From the IMG/VR virus record IMGVR_UViG_3300024344_003209, positions 1 through 64,000 of that record: 64,000 bases of DNA. One strand, written 5' to 3'. Source of the DNA: a virus. Position numbers and translations under genes: made by a program. The notes under the pieces were generated by a model. That model was not told the DNA's origin and ran no database searches. It saw nothing but the letters and a program-made list of their open reading frames with translations. Positions 35,051-44,296 of the stretch are shown in pieces; the first letter of the stretch is position 1, and the number at the start of each line of letters is the position of its first letter.

Positions 35051-36139
35051 TTACAAATCGTAAAGAAGATTCAAAATATCATTAGTAGTTCTTTTGTAAG
35101 TGAACTCTTTCTGAAGTTTAAGCCCTTCTTCGTTAACTCTATTAGATTCTACTCTTTTTATTGCTTTTTCGCAACTCTCAATGAAAGCGTCTTCATTAAA
35201 ATCAAATATCTTACCTTGATTAAACTCTGATCCTTTATGGAAAAACACCCCATCAGCTGAATCTATTTTAGAATCTGGCTCAAGTAAAACGCTGTTTGCC
35301 TCGTTAGCCCATTCCTTATACCCTGTAGCATTTGTTATAACTGCATGCTTACCTATAGCTACAGAGTGAAACTCAGGCAAACCCCATCCTTCGCCGCCAG
35401 AGCAACCTAGGATTATGTCAGCGGAGTTTAAGTAATCATTGTATACATCATTCTTAGACATGAAATCAAGAAATTGTATATTAAAATATTTCTTTCCGCC
35501 TAACATTCTATTGATCAATACTGGCATTTCTTTTTTTAGAAAATGATTGTGTATCGAACATTGCAGGTGGTACTTTTTATCTCCTCCAAATCTTTTAGCC
35601 CAAGACTGAATTACTTTCTGATGTCTTTTTCTTTTTTCTAGCTTTCCGCAAAGATTGAACACTATTCTTTCGTCATCGTAATACTGCTTGTCTAGCTTAG
35701 AAAAATGTAACGAATCAAAACCTAAAGGTATTACGGTGGTGTGACGAACGTCTTCTTTAAGAAAGACATCTTTTGAGTGTTGGCAGGTGAAGGCTAGCTT
35801 ATCAATATTATTAGCTATGTTAATTTCTGACTCAGTTGGGGAATCTAACTCATAAAATGAAAGCATAACATTCCTTCTTGAAGGATTGTCTAATGCAGTA
35901 GCGTTCAAATGCCATAATTGAAAAACTGGATTTTCTTTACTATGTTTCGAAGATGATTTTCTTATGCAGTCCTTAAGCCATTGAATAAATTTAGGATCCA
36001 AACTGTAAGCGGAAATATCTTCGTTTATAGGGAATAAGCAAGGCTCAAGCCCCTGTTTGTATAGCTCATTTAAGATACAAATAGAGACTTGGCCAAAGCT
36101 TAGACCGTTAACAGGTAGTTTTAAAGCGAAATCGCTCAC
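35051..36139 (-). CDS. GT-B (family 4-like) glycosyltransferase
   Basis: GKLEKRK and SGGEGWGLPEF...A.GK motifs. Confidence 0.85.
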   Translation of the reverse strand: MSDFALKLPVNGLSFGQVSICILNELYKQGLEPCLFPINEDISAYSLDPKFIQWLKDCIRKSSSKHSKENPVFQLWHLNATALDNPSRRNVMLSFYELDSPTESEINIANNIDKLAFTCQHSKDVFLKEDVRHTTVIPLGFDSLHFSKLDKQYYDDERIVFNLCGKLEKRKRHQKVIQSWAKRFGGDKKYHLQCSIHNHFLKKEMPVLINRMLGGKKYFNIQFLDFMSKNDVYNDYLNSADIILGCSGGEGWGLPEFHSVAIGKHAVITNATGYKEWANEANSVLLEPDSKIDSADGVFFHKGSEFNQGKIFDFNEDAFIESCEKAIKRVESNRVNEEGLKLQKEFTYKRTTNDILNLLYDL

Positions 36140-36432
36140 AGCAATGCTTCGCTTGTCTCCTCCTGAGTTTGTGTTTCCGCAGTGGCGGTTGTTGCCTCTC
36201 CTGTTGAACTAGCGGGCCTAGAAAGATAAATCCTAAAGTCAGGAGAATTCTCAGACTTCTTATCTTTATTATGGAAGGCCACTACGTTAATCTTTTTCTC
36301 CTCACCAAAATCTGTTTGGATTTTAATGTGCCCTGAGAAGTATTTACGGCCAGAACCTTGTGCTTCTTTTGTCCACAAGGCTCCTAGCTCTCTCTTCTCC
36401 CAATCGTTATTAGACTTACTTGTATCAGCCAT
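36136..36432 (-). CDS. DUF736-like putative ssDNA-binding protein
   Basis: LGALW.K.....KYFSG.I...K.ENSPDFRIY plus an acidic tail. Confidence 0.6.
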   Translation of the reverse strand: MADTSKSNNDWEKRELGALWTKEAQGSGRKYFSGHIKIQTDFGEEKKINVVAFHNKDKKSENSPDFRIYLSRPASSTGEATTATAETQTQEETSEALL

Positions 36433-36441
36433 ACTCCAATC

Positions 36442-36470
36442 AGTATATTACAAACCTAAACAGTTGTCAA
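36442..36470 (-). promoter_or_regulatory. sigma70-type promoter
   Basis: TTGACA-17-TATACT. Confidence 0.8.
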
Positions 36471-37034
36471 GTTTTTTATTTTAATTTTTAGTATATCTGC
36501 TCCTCTCCTATGTAGATTTATCGCTGTCTGAGAACTAAAACCCAATTTTTTTCCTATCTCAGACCAAGTCATCTTTTTTTCAGAGAAATACCTAAGTGAG
36601 TATACTTCTGAAACCCTTTTATCTTTTATAGATGATAAAGCCTTGTTTAGCTCTTGCATTAGGCTTATTCTTTCCATAGGGTTTATTACGAATAAATTAT
36701 CATCAGTATGTATTTTATTTTTATACCTCTCCTTTAAAGCACATTGCTTTCTAGACTTATTCATTAAATGCAAACATTTATATTTAGTTATATTGCTTAA
36801 CCAAGTACAAAAACTAACACCTTTATCTTTTTTAAAGCTTTTTACGGCTTCATAAATAATCATGTCTTTATCGTCTAAAATATCCGAAGGGTCAGCTCCG
36901 GACTGCTTTATTGAAGATATAAACCTTGAATACATAGAGAGGAAAACTGGAGAGTATCTCTCTATCACAGAAGATAGAGAATCTTCGCATTCTTCATCTT
37001 GTACTTTTTTTATTTGGATATAATAATTTTTCAT
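36456..37034 (-). CDS. phage-encoded sigma70-family RNA polymerase sigma factor
   Basis: Region 2-like YEAVKSFKKDKGVSFCTWL; region 4 HTH LRYF...MTWSEIGKKLGFSSQT. Confidence 0.85.
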   Translation of the reverse strand: MKNYYIQIKKVQDEECEDSLSSVIERYSPVFLSMYSRFISSIKQSGADPSDILDDKDMIIYEAVKSFKKDKGVSFCTWLSNITKYKCLHLMNKSRKQCALKERYKNKIHTDDNLFVINPMERISLMQELNKALSSIKDKRVSEVYSLRYFSEKKMTWSEIGKKLGFSSQTAINLHRRGADILKIKIKNLTTV

Positions 37035-37039
37035 AATTT

Positions 37040-37441
37040 AAAAATAAATAAAAAGGAGGATTCCGCAAGCGGAATCGGCGTATTTTTTTAGTGTTTCGCT
37101 TGCGAGACGAAAGAAAGCTTTTTGGTAATAGGCACACCTCACCCAACTTACATAAGTAACAAAAACAATTACAAAAGAACGCCTTAGCTTCCATATTAGT
37201 TCTATTCGCAGGGGCTTATACCCTTTTCGACCCTTTTATTAAGAGCCTAGCTAATGACTTTCGTAATCTATTTTACTATATGATCTTGTAACAGTAGAAC
37301 TTTCTTAGATGTTACTCCTCTCTAACGCCGCCTGCACCCGCTTGTAGCGTGCTACTATTCAGTAGCTTGAGAAGCCCCTTCGGGGTTGTTGGTCTCTTAA
37401 GAGTTTCCAGACTTGCTTACGCTTAAACTGTTAATCATACT
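37040..37441 (-). ncRNA. candidate ~400-nt structured RNA/leader upstream of the sigma factor
   Basis: Largest intergenic gap in the window; driven by a perfect promoter; several hairpins; ends in hairpin 37059-37076 plus a U-rich run. Confidence 0.45.
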
Positions 37442-37447
37442 TTGAGT

Positions 37448-37490
37448 ATTATAAAATTAGCTTGACTTTTTGTCAAGTCTTTTTTAAAAT
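37448..37490. promoter_or_regulatory. overlapping divergent sigma70 promoters
   Basis: Minus strand TTGACA-17-TATAAT (37476->37448); plus strand TTGACT-17-TAAAAT (37462->37490); inverted repeat CTTGAC-N5-GTCAAG. Confidence 0.85.
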
Positions 37491-37496
37491 TTAAAA

Positions 37497-37901
37497 ATGA
37501 GCAGATTGAATTGGTTTCAGTATGGCATGCAGCTAGCTAGGACAGCTTCTTTAAGAAGTGAAGATCCATACATACAAGTTGGCTGTTGTATTCTTAGGCC
37601 TGATAACAGTATAGCATCTTTAGGATACAACGGAGCTCCTCCCGGAGTAGATATCGATTGGTCAGACAGAAACGATAGAAGAAAACGAGTTATCCATGCT
37701 GAAACAAATGCTTTAAGGTTTATAAGACCGGGAGAAGGAGATAGAATGTTTGTCACATTAATGCCTTGTTCTGAGTGCCTTAAGAATGCAGTGTCATACG
37801 GCATTAAGCGAATATTTTATGAAAAAATTTACGATTTTGATACATCTTCAGAAGAGCTAGCGGTAGAGTTTAAAGTAACACTACAACAAATAAATCCATG
37901 A
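37497..37901 (+). CDS. dCMP deaminase
   Basis: RSED...QVG, GYNG, HAETNA and PCSEC zinc motifs. Confidence 0.93.
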   Translation: MSRLNWFQYGMQLARTASLRSEDPYIQVGCCILRPDNSIASLGYNGAPPGVDIDWSDRNDRRKRVIHAETNALRFIRPGEGDRMFVTLMPCSECLKNAVSYGIKRIFYEKIYDFDTSSEELAVEFKVTLQQINP

Positions 37902-38323
37902 TACTAGTAAAAATAAAGAAATTAAATAGCGAAGCTCAAATACCATCTAGAGCTACTTTGTCGGACGCAGGTTACGACCTTTACTCAAACGAATCGGGCT
38001 GTATACCACCTAACAGTAGATCAATAGTAAAAACAGGTATCTCTATAGCTATACCTACGGGTTATTACGGCAGAGTCGCTCCTAGATCGGGTTTAGCAGT
38101 AAAGTTTGGCATAGACGTACTAGCGGGAGTAATAGATTCAGGGTATAGAGGAGAAATAGGAGTTGTTCTACAAAATCTTTCTAAGGATTCTTTTAACTTC
38201 AGAGAAGGAGATAGGATAGCTCAATTGATCCTAGAACAGTGTAATAGTGTGGAGTGGGTTGAGCTAGACCAACTAGAGGACTCACAAAGATCAGATGGAG
38301 GCTTTGGCAGCACAGGTAATTAA
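37898..38323 (+). CDS. dut: trimeric dUTPase
   Basis: AGYDL, APRSGLA, GVIDSGYRGE, GDRIAQL, R..GGFGSTG. Confidence 0.97.
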   Translation: MILVKIKKLNSEAQIPSRATLSDAGYDLYSNESGCIPPNSRSIVKTGISIAIPTGYYGRVAPRSGLAVKFGIDVLAGVIDSGYRGEIGVVLQNLSKDSFNFREGDRIAQLILEQCNSVEWVELDQLEDSQRSDGGFGSTGN

Positions 38324-38669
38324 GACAGTAGCGGCTTCTTTTGCTGCTTCTGGAATTTTATTAATATGGTTTAATACTGATTCTTTTGTTCAGTATATTA
38401 AGTTGTTTAGGCTATCTAAGTTTACTTATATAAAAGAGTATGAACAAGAGCTTTTCGAAAACCCTGATTTAAAATATTTAGATTTTGCTTATTTTAAAGA
38501 GCCATCTTTTTTTAATAAATTAATTAGCTGTCCTTATTGTTTATCTTTTTGGATATCTTTAGTGTCTGCTTTTATAGCTACTGATAACTTTTTATTAGGT
38601 TTTGTTGTCTACCCAATATCTCTAATAATCTACTTTAGTTTTATTAAAATTTTTTTAAAAGATGCCTAA
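38295..38669 (+). CDS. membrane protein with CPYC motif (DUF1360-like)
   Basis: LISCPYCLSFW followed by hydrophobic helices. Confidence 0.6.
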   Translation: MEALAAQVIKTVAASFAASGILLIWFNTDSFVQYIKLFRLSKFTYIKEYEQELFENPDLKYLDFAYFKEPSFFNKLISCPYCLSFWISLVSAFIATDNFLLGFVVYPISLIIYFSFIKIFLKDA

Positions 38670-38964
38670 AGGACTACTAGTTTTAAACGGTTGCGGTAAA
38701 TTTTGTTCTTTACTTTTGTCTAAGCCTATGGTAATATTAAAAATACCGGCGCTAAAGCGTTTAATTGATCAATGTTCAGTTTCTTTAACAGGCTGTAATT
38801 GCAGCAGGAAAGACAGAAACAGACTAGCTCAGAAAGGTGCATTTGAAATACTTTCTAAACTAGATAACGAAGACAAAGATCATTTAAAGCAGCTCTACGA
38901 CGAAAAAGAATACAAAGGCATAAATGTTCAATTCGAAAGTATAAATAAAAATATCGTAATATGA
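38662..38964 (+). CDS. hypothetical protein
   Basis: 100-aa coupled ORF with a GCNC motif. Confidence 0.55.
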   Translation: MPKGLLVLNGCGKFCSLLLSKPMVILKIPALKRLIDQCSVSLTGCNCSRKDRNRLAQKGAFEILSKLDNEDKDHLKQLYDEKEYKGINVQFESINKNIVI

Positions 38965-39164
38965 TAAGATCAGACGAAGAAAAAAAGAAGATGGTAGACA
39001 TCAACAGGAAGATGGTAGACAAAGTAGTTAAAATCGTCGACTTGAATGACTCCTATTGGGTGGGCAAAATCATGGACGTAATAGATCATGAAACATTCTC
39101 TATACGAAAAAATAAAAATAGCGACCCGAAAGACGTAAACATATTTAACGTACGGTCAATGTAA
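38961..39164 (+). CDS. small hypothetical protein (SH3-like beta pattern)
   Basis: 67-aa coupled ORF. Confidence 0.55.
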   Translation: MIRSDEEKKKMVDINRKMVDKVVKIVDLNDSYWVGKIMDVIDHETFSIRKNKNSDPKDVNIFNVRSM

Positions 39165-39730
39165 TGAACTTGTCTGAATTAAACATGTTCGATAGAGTAT
39201 ACTTCGAGGCAGACTTACCCTTAGATAAGCTGCCAGAAGAAATCCGAGGCCAAGATTTTTCTGAGTTAGAATTCCAAACTTCTGACCTAGGAAACGGTAT
39301 GGACACTTGGTCTGTGTCTTCAGCAGGAGAATTATTTTTTCATGAAGTGGATCAGGAAATAGTTAAAGACTGCGATGAAGGCTTTGAGATTAAATCGAAC
39401 CATAAAGGAATACGCAAGGCAGAAGAAACAACTTCTATTAATTTTTATAGAATTTTCGAAGGCGAAGAGAAAGACTACTGGGTTTCTTTTGATACCCTTT
39501 TTCACAAAGGAAAACTTGTATTGGTGGAGCTGAACGAATTAAATGAAGTAGATAAAGAAGAAAGGCAAAAAGCTAAGTCTCACGCAGAACAATTCATGAA
39601 TGACATGAAAGCTAAGATGAATAAAAAGACTAATGTATTTTTCTCTCCTTTTAAATTTATTATAGGGCTGTCTTTAGTTGCTTTGAATTGGCTTGGCAGA
39701 AACTTATCTAAAATCCATTCTAAAATATGA
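39164..39730 (+). CDS. hypothetical phage protein, likely paralog of 3094..3636
   Basis: MFD, FQTSDL, INFY and F..LFHKGKL motifs. Confidence 0.6.
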   Translation: MNLSELNMFDRVYFEADLPLDKLPEEIRGQDFSELEFQTSDLGNGMDTWSVSSAGELFFHEVDQEIVKDCDEGFEIKSNHKGIRKAEETTSINFYRIFEGEEKDYWVSFDTLFHKGKLVLVELNELNEVDKEERQKAKSHAEQFMNDMKAKMNKKTNVFFSPFKFIIGLSLVALNWLGRNLSKIHSKI

Positions 39731-40317
39731 TCGGAATTAGTGGAATAGCAGCGTCTGGTAAGGATTTATTTTGCCGTCTCTTATTAAGAGAGGTTAAAGG
39801 GCACAGGATAGCTTTAGCAGACCAACTCAAGGAAGAGGTAAGACCTTACATCGTTTCTAAGTTCGGTATTGATGTAATAAATTGCTCAACTGAATCTAAA
39901 AACAAAGTGAGAGACCTCTTGGTTTTTTATGGAGGCTTAAAAAGATTCCAAACAGGAGGCAAATATTGGACTGATATAGCTCAGAAAAAAGTACAAGGGT
40001 GCAAAGGGACACCAATTGTAACAGACATTAGGTATGACGATCATAAAAATGACGAAGTCGACTGGGTAAAAGGAAAAAATAAAGGGGTTTTAGTTCATAT
40101 AAGAAAATATTGGGAGACTGAAGGTTTATTCGAGATGAAAAGGCATTACTTTGACCCCCCAAATGAAGACGAAAAAAGAAATGATCCAAAACTTAGGTCT
40201 AAAGCAGATTATCATATTGAATGGCCTCATTTAGAAAACCAAACAACCAAACAAATCGAAGATACTTTAGAGCCATTTGCAAAAGAGTTTGCTGAATGGT
40301 ATAAAAACAAGAGCTAA
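39727..40317 (+). CDS. deoxynucleoside monophosphate kinase
   Basis: IGISGIAASGKD P-loop, ALAD.LK, R.LL..YG, IVTDIRY...NE. Confidence 0.8.
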   Translation: MIGISGIAASGKDLFCRLLLREVKGHRIALADQLKEEVRPYIVSKFGIDVINCSTESKNKVRDLLVFYGGLKRFQTGGKYWTDIAQKKVQGCKGTPIVTDIRYDDHKNDEVDWVKGKNKGVLVHIRKYWETEGLFEMKRHYFDPPNEDEKRNDPKLRSKADYHIEWPHLENQTTKQIEDTLEPFAKEFAEWYKNKS

Positions 40318-40319
40318 TT

Positions 40320-40577
40320 ATGTTTTATAAAGCATTAAAAAAGAAATACGAAGCGGAGATCGAAGAGTCTTTAGTTACCCTTGGGATCTATATGAATAAA
40401 AGCGTTGGCATCGGGGAACATTCTGATCTAATCACAGAATTAGACAAATATGTGAATAAGCTTGCAGCGGCAGAAGATAGCTTAGAGACACTAGAGAGAC
40501 ATAAAGTCTCTATTTGTGCGACAGCCACCGGGACAGAAAGTACCGAAGCACTTCAAACCCACACCCTAAACACCTAA
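40320..40577 (+). CDS. conserved small phage protein
   Basis: Y....VGIGEH.D...ELD helical-hairpin pattern. Confidence 0.65.
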   Translation: MFYKALKKKYEAEIEESLVTLGIYMNKSVGIGEHSDLITELDKYVNKLAAAEDSLETLERHKVSICATATGTESTEALQTHTLNT

Positions 40578-40605
40578 AACCTTAGGAAATAATAGTTTTT
40601 TAGTT

Positions 40606-40621
40606 TGGCACGGAAATTGCA
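40606..40621 (+). promoter_or_regulatory. sigma54 (-24/-12) promoter
   Basis: TGGCACG-GAAA-TTGCA with exact GG-N10-GC spacing, 12 nt before the hsp20 ATG. Confidence 0.8.
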
Positions 40622-40633
40622 TATATAAATACC

Positions 40634-41059
40634 ATGAGTAATACATTATCATTTAACAATATGGGCCTAAGTAACATATCAGACATGTTCAGATGGGCAG
40701 ACGAAGCGCTTAGTCATACTTATGACGATGACTGGATTAGTGCTTGGAGGACAGGAGCACCTAATAGAGCTACAGGAAAAGGTAACTCTATTTTTGAAGA
40801 ATCAGAAGACTCCTATTCACTTTACGTACCTTTAACTGGGCTCGGCAAAGAAGACGTTAATGTCTCCGTTTTAGATGGAGTCACTAAGCTAACAGCGAAA
40901 GGAAAAGTCGCAGGGCAGGAACTAGACATTTCTAAAACCTTTCCTCTTCCCGCAAAAGCCGACCCAGAAACTTTGGAAGCTAAAATGGAAAAAGGATTGC
41001 TGAGTATCTCAGTGCAAAAAAGGCAAAAGGATAAGCAAAAAGTAATAACAGTATCGTAA
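40634..41059 (+). CDS. small heat shock protein (Hsp20/alpha-crystallin)
   Basis: L.GLGKEDVNV, F.LP..AD...LEAKMEKGLLSI and C-terminal VITV (IxI). Confidence 0.88.
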   Translation: MSNTLSFNNMGLSNISDMFRWADEALSHTYDDDWISAWRTGAPNRATGKGNSIFEESEDSYSLYVPLTGLGKEDVNVSVLDGVTKLTAKGKVAGQELDISKTFPLPAKADPETLEAKMEKGLLSISVQKRQKDKQKVITVS

Positions 41060-41089
41060 GAGACAAATAGCAACCTTAAGCTTCTATTA

Positions 41090-41120
41090 AATCGCCCCCC
41101 GAGAGGGGGTGATTTTTTTT
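41090..41120 (+). terminator. Rho-independent terminator
   Basis: AATCGCCCCCC-GAGA-GGGGGTGATT followed by a T-run. Confidence 0.85.
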
Positions 41121-41121
41121 A

Positions 41122-41150
41122 TTGACATTTAGTTAAGTTCATCTTATAAT
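41122..41150 (+). promoter_or_regulatory. consensus sigma70 promoter
   Basis: TTGACA-17-TATAAT, 8 nt before ATG. Confidence 0.88.
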
Positions 41151-41158
41151 CATAGGAC

Positions 41159-41701
41159 ATGATACAGTTTTACAAAGCAAACCCAAAGGTAACAGGAACA
41201 GCTTGTTCGTTCTCAGTAAACCCTAAAGACAAGTCTGTCTACGCCAGTTTAATTAAGCAAAAAAGCTGGGACGACAAAACTAAGACAGGAAGATTCGATG
41301 CGGACAGTAAGTGCATTACCAAACTCAGCACGATGGAGCTTGGAGCTTTAATTCATGCTATAGAAAGCAAAACAGATTGGTCTGCATATCACGGAACGCA
41401 AACCAGAGCTACTAAAATGAACTTTTCTCCATATTCTCAAGGAGGTAATGAGGGTTTTAACTTTAGAGTTACGGCAGACTCAAAAGAAGATTCAGAAAAT
41501 AAATCCACTTACTCAATGGGTTTCAGGTACGGAGAAGCAGAAGTTTTAAAGCAATACTTTGGTTTTTCTATGCAAGCTATATTCCAACAATCACACGAAG
41601 ATATGCTAGCGTCAATGTCAGGAAATAAAAAGACTCCTTATTCTAACAAGTCTCAAACTCAAAAGAAAGAAGAGAGTGTAGACGAAGATGTCGTCTGGTA
41701 G
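41159..41701 (+). CDS. putative ssDNA-binding protein (Whirly/PC4-like pattern, acidic tail)
   Basis: Two beta-beta-beta-alpha-like units; acidic-aromatic end EESVDEDVVW. Confidence 0.45.
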   Translation: MIQFYKANPKVTGTACSFSVNPKDKSVYASLIKQKSWDDKTKTGRFDADSKCITKLSTMELGALIHAIESKTDWSAYHGTQTRATKMNFSPYSQGGNEGFNFRVTADSKEDSENKSTYSMGFRYGEAEVLKQYFGFSMQAIFQQSHEDMLASMSGNKKTPYSNKSQTQKKEESVDEDVVW

Positions 41702-43607
41702 AAAAAAAAGAGTTTTATTCCATAGTGATTCAGCCTTAGCAAAAACAGGCTTTGGAAGAAACTCTAAGGAGATCCTCTCGTACTTATACAAGACAGGTAA
41801 GTATGAGATATTTCATTATTGCTGCGGCACATCTAAGAAAGACAAGAATTTAAATAAAACCCCATGGAAAAGTATGGGGACTATGCCGAATAACAAACAA
41901 GAACTGGCAAGATTAAACCAAGACCCCGAGCAAGGAAGAGATTTAAGCTATGGTGGGTACTTTATAAATGAAGCGATTAAAGAATCAAAACCAGATGTTT
42001 ATATAGGTGCTCAAGACATATGGGGTTTGGAGTCTTGTACGAAAAAAGACTGGTTTGATAAAGTAACTTCCGTTGTATGGACAACACTAGACTCCTTGCC
42101 GCTTTACCCAAACGCTATAAAAGTAGCCAAAAAAATAAAAAACTTTTGGGTATGGAGCTCTTTTGCTGAAAAAGAATTTAATAGGTTAGAAATTAAAGGA
42201 GTAAAAACTGTTCATGGAGCTTTAAATCCTGAAAATTTTTGCAAGTTGCCAGATGAAGCCAGACTAACGCTAAGAAAAAGATTTAATATAGAAGAAGATG
42301 CTTTTATTATTGGTTTTGTTTTTAGAAATCAATTAAGGAAGTCTGTGCCTAATCTTATTGAAGGTTACGCATTATGGAAAGAAACTTATAAACCAGATAA
42401 AAAAACTTATTTATTATTTCATACTCACTGGGGGGAAGGCTGGAATATTCATAGATTATGTGAAGAATATAAAGTGCCAAAAGATGAAGTAATAACTACT
42501 CACATTTGCTCTAAATGTAAAAACTATTTTGTTAAGCCTTACAAAAAACAAGGAGACACTTGTGATATTTGCAAGTCAGAAAAAAGTCAAGTAACTTGTT
42601 CTGTTTCCTTAGGTATAGAAGAAAAAGAACTTAACGAAGTTTACAACTTAATGGATGTCTACTGTCACCCATTCACTAGTGGCGGTCAGGAAATACCAAT
42701 CCAAGAAGCAAAGTTTACGGAGTTAATGACTCTGGTAACTGATTACAGTTGCGGAGAAGAAAGTTGCGAAGAAGGATCTCAATCTATTCCTCTCGCTTGG
42801 TCAGAGTATAGAGAACACGGAACTCAATTTAGAAAAGCATCTACGTGCCCAACAGATATATGCGAAAAACTTCAAAAGGTATACGAAATGCCAGAGGGAG
42901 AAAAGAGAGAGAAAGGTAAACTAGCAAGAGAATGGGCAATTAAAAATTTTTCTATAGAGACAACTGGAGCTATACTCGAGAAATTTATTGACGACGCTCC
43001 TTATACAGATTTCGACTTTGACAGCCTAACGTGGAAACCTAGAGACCCAGAGGCTAAAATACCAAGTATAGCCAGTGACTCTGAATGGCTTACATATATG
43101 TATAAAAACATATTAAAAATGGAAGTATGCGATCAAAACGATGGACATAAATACTGGATGAACCAAATAGAAAATAAAGTTCCCAGAAATAATATAGAGA
43201 GCTTTTTTAGAAATAAAGCTAAAGAAGAAAATAAAGAAAATATTCCTTTTAAAATAGAGGACTTGTTAGATAAAGATGATGAGAGCAGAAGAATTTTAAT
43301 TGTAATGCCCGGAAGCATAGGGGATGTTTTCCTTTGCACTTCCGTCTTAAAGAGCCTGTCTGAGACTTATCCAGACTATAATATATATTTTGCCACTAAT
43401 CCGTCTTACTTTCAAATATTAGAAGGTAATGATTTCATACATAAGGTTATACCTTATAACTCTAAAATGGATGACCTATTGTGGCTTGAAGGAAGAGGGG
43501 ATCATCAAGGCTTTTTTGAAATAGCTTATTTACCTCACATAGGAACACAAAGAATGTTTAATTACCAACACAACGGTAAAGATAAAATAGCACTAAATCT
43601 TTCTTAA
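41688..43607 (+). CDS. multidomain glycosyltransferase (GT4-like plus Cys insert plus GT9-like N-lobe)
   Basis: TGFGR, FRNQLRK, CSKC..CDIC insert, HPFTSGGQEIPIQEA, PGSIGDVFL. Confidence 0.8.
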   Translation: MSSGRKKRVLFHSDSALAKTGFGRNSKEILSYLYKTGKYEIFHYCCGTSKKDKNLNKTPWKSMGTMPNNKQELARLNQDPEQGRDLSYGGYFINEAIKESKPDVYIGAQDIWGLESCTKKDWFDKVTSVVWTTLDSLPLYPNAIKVAKKIKNFWVWSSFAEKEFNRLEIKGVKTVHGALNPENFCKLPDEARLTLRKRFNIEEDAFIIGFVFRNQLRKSVPNLIEGYALWKETYKPDKKTYLLFHTHWGEGWNIHRLCEEYKVPKDEVITTHICSKCKNYFVKPYKKQGDTCDICKSEKSQVTCSVSLGIEEKELNEVYNLMDVYCHPFTSGGQEIPIQEAKFTELMTLVTDYSCGEESCEEGSQSIPLAWSEYREHGTQFRKASTCPTDICEKLQKVYEMPEGEKREKGKLAREWAIKNFSIETTGAILEKFIDDAPYTDFDFDSLTWKPRDPEAKIPSIASDSEWLTYMYKNILKMEVCDQNDGHKYWMNQIENKVPRNNIESFFRNKAKEENKENIPFKIEDLLDKDDESRRILIVMPGSIGDVFLCTSVLKSLSETYPDYNIYFATNPSYFQILEGNDFIHKVIPYNSKMDDLLWLEGRGDHQGFFEIAYLPHIGTQRMFNYQHNGKDKIALNLS

Positions 43608-44296
43608 TGACTAAAAAGAATTATATGATAGCGGTAAGAGAAGGTACTTCCGACGAACAAATCGTCCACGAAGTATTCGATCAAGACTGTTATAAGCTAT
43701 CAGAGTGGAATCCCAAAAGATATCCTAAATTTATAGTGGATGTAGGATGCCAAGTAGGATCCTTCTCCATACTAGCTAACCATCTTTACCCAAAATGTTC
43801 TATCCTTGCTTTTGAAATGATGCAAGAAAATCACGAGATTGCCTCAAAGAACTTAGAAGAATTAGAAAACACAACATGCTTTCACGGAGCAGTAGTCGGC
43901 AAAAATAAACCCATAGGCTTCATGAAGAACGAGAATAACACAGGAGGCCACAAAACAATATACGAAGGCAAAAGCTCTTATTTGAGTGAATCAAGATTCG
44001 ACGCGGACTATAAATTAAAACACGATTTTAAATCTTTTGATTTCTTAGAAATCTTTTCTAATAATAATATAGATAGAATAGACTTTCTTAAGATGGACTG
44101 TGAGGGCTCAGAATACGAAATAATACCTCATTTGATAGAAACAAATTTAATTAAAAAAATAGATAATATTTCAATAGAACTTCATGGAAGAGATCAAAAA
44201 GAATATAAAGAAACATTAGACTTTCTTTCTAAAAGTTATGAAAAAGTAACAATGGACGGAGACTACTTAGGTCATTTTAGAAACTTATGCATTTAG
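43607..44296 (+). CDS. FkbM-family methyltransferase
   Basis: IVDVGCQVGSFS and IDFLKMDCEGSEYEI. Confidence 0.88.
   Translation: MTKKNYMIAVREGTSDEQIVHEVFDQDCYKLSEWNPKRYPKFIVDVGCQVGSFSILANHLYPKCSILAFEMMQENHEIASKNLEELENTTCFHGAVVGKNKPIGFMKNENNTGGHKTIYEGKSSYLSESRFDADYKLKHDFKSFDFLEIFSNNNIDRIDFLKMDCEGSEYEIIPHLIETNLIKKIDNISIELHGRDQKEYKETLDFLSKSYEKVTMDGDYLGHFRNLCI

Noticed and set aside
37035-37447. tmRNA or RNase P RNA
   Set aside because: No tRNA-like acceptor ends and no GAGGAAAGUCC-type conserved core seen
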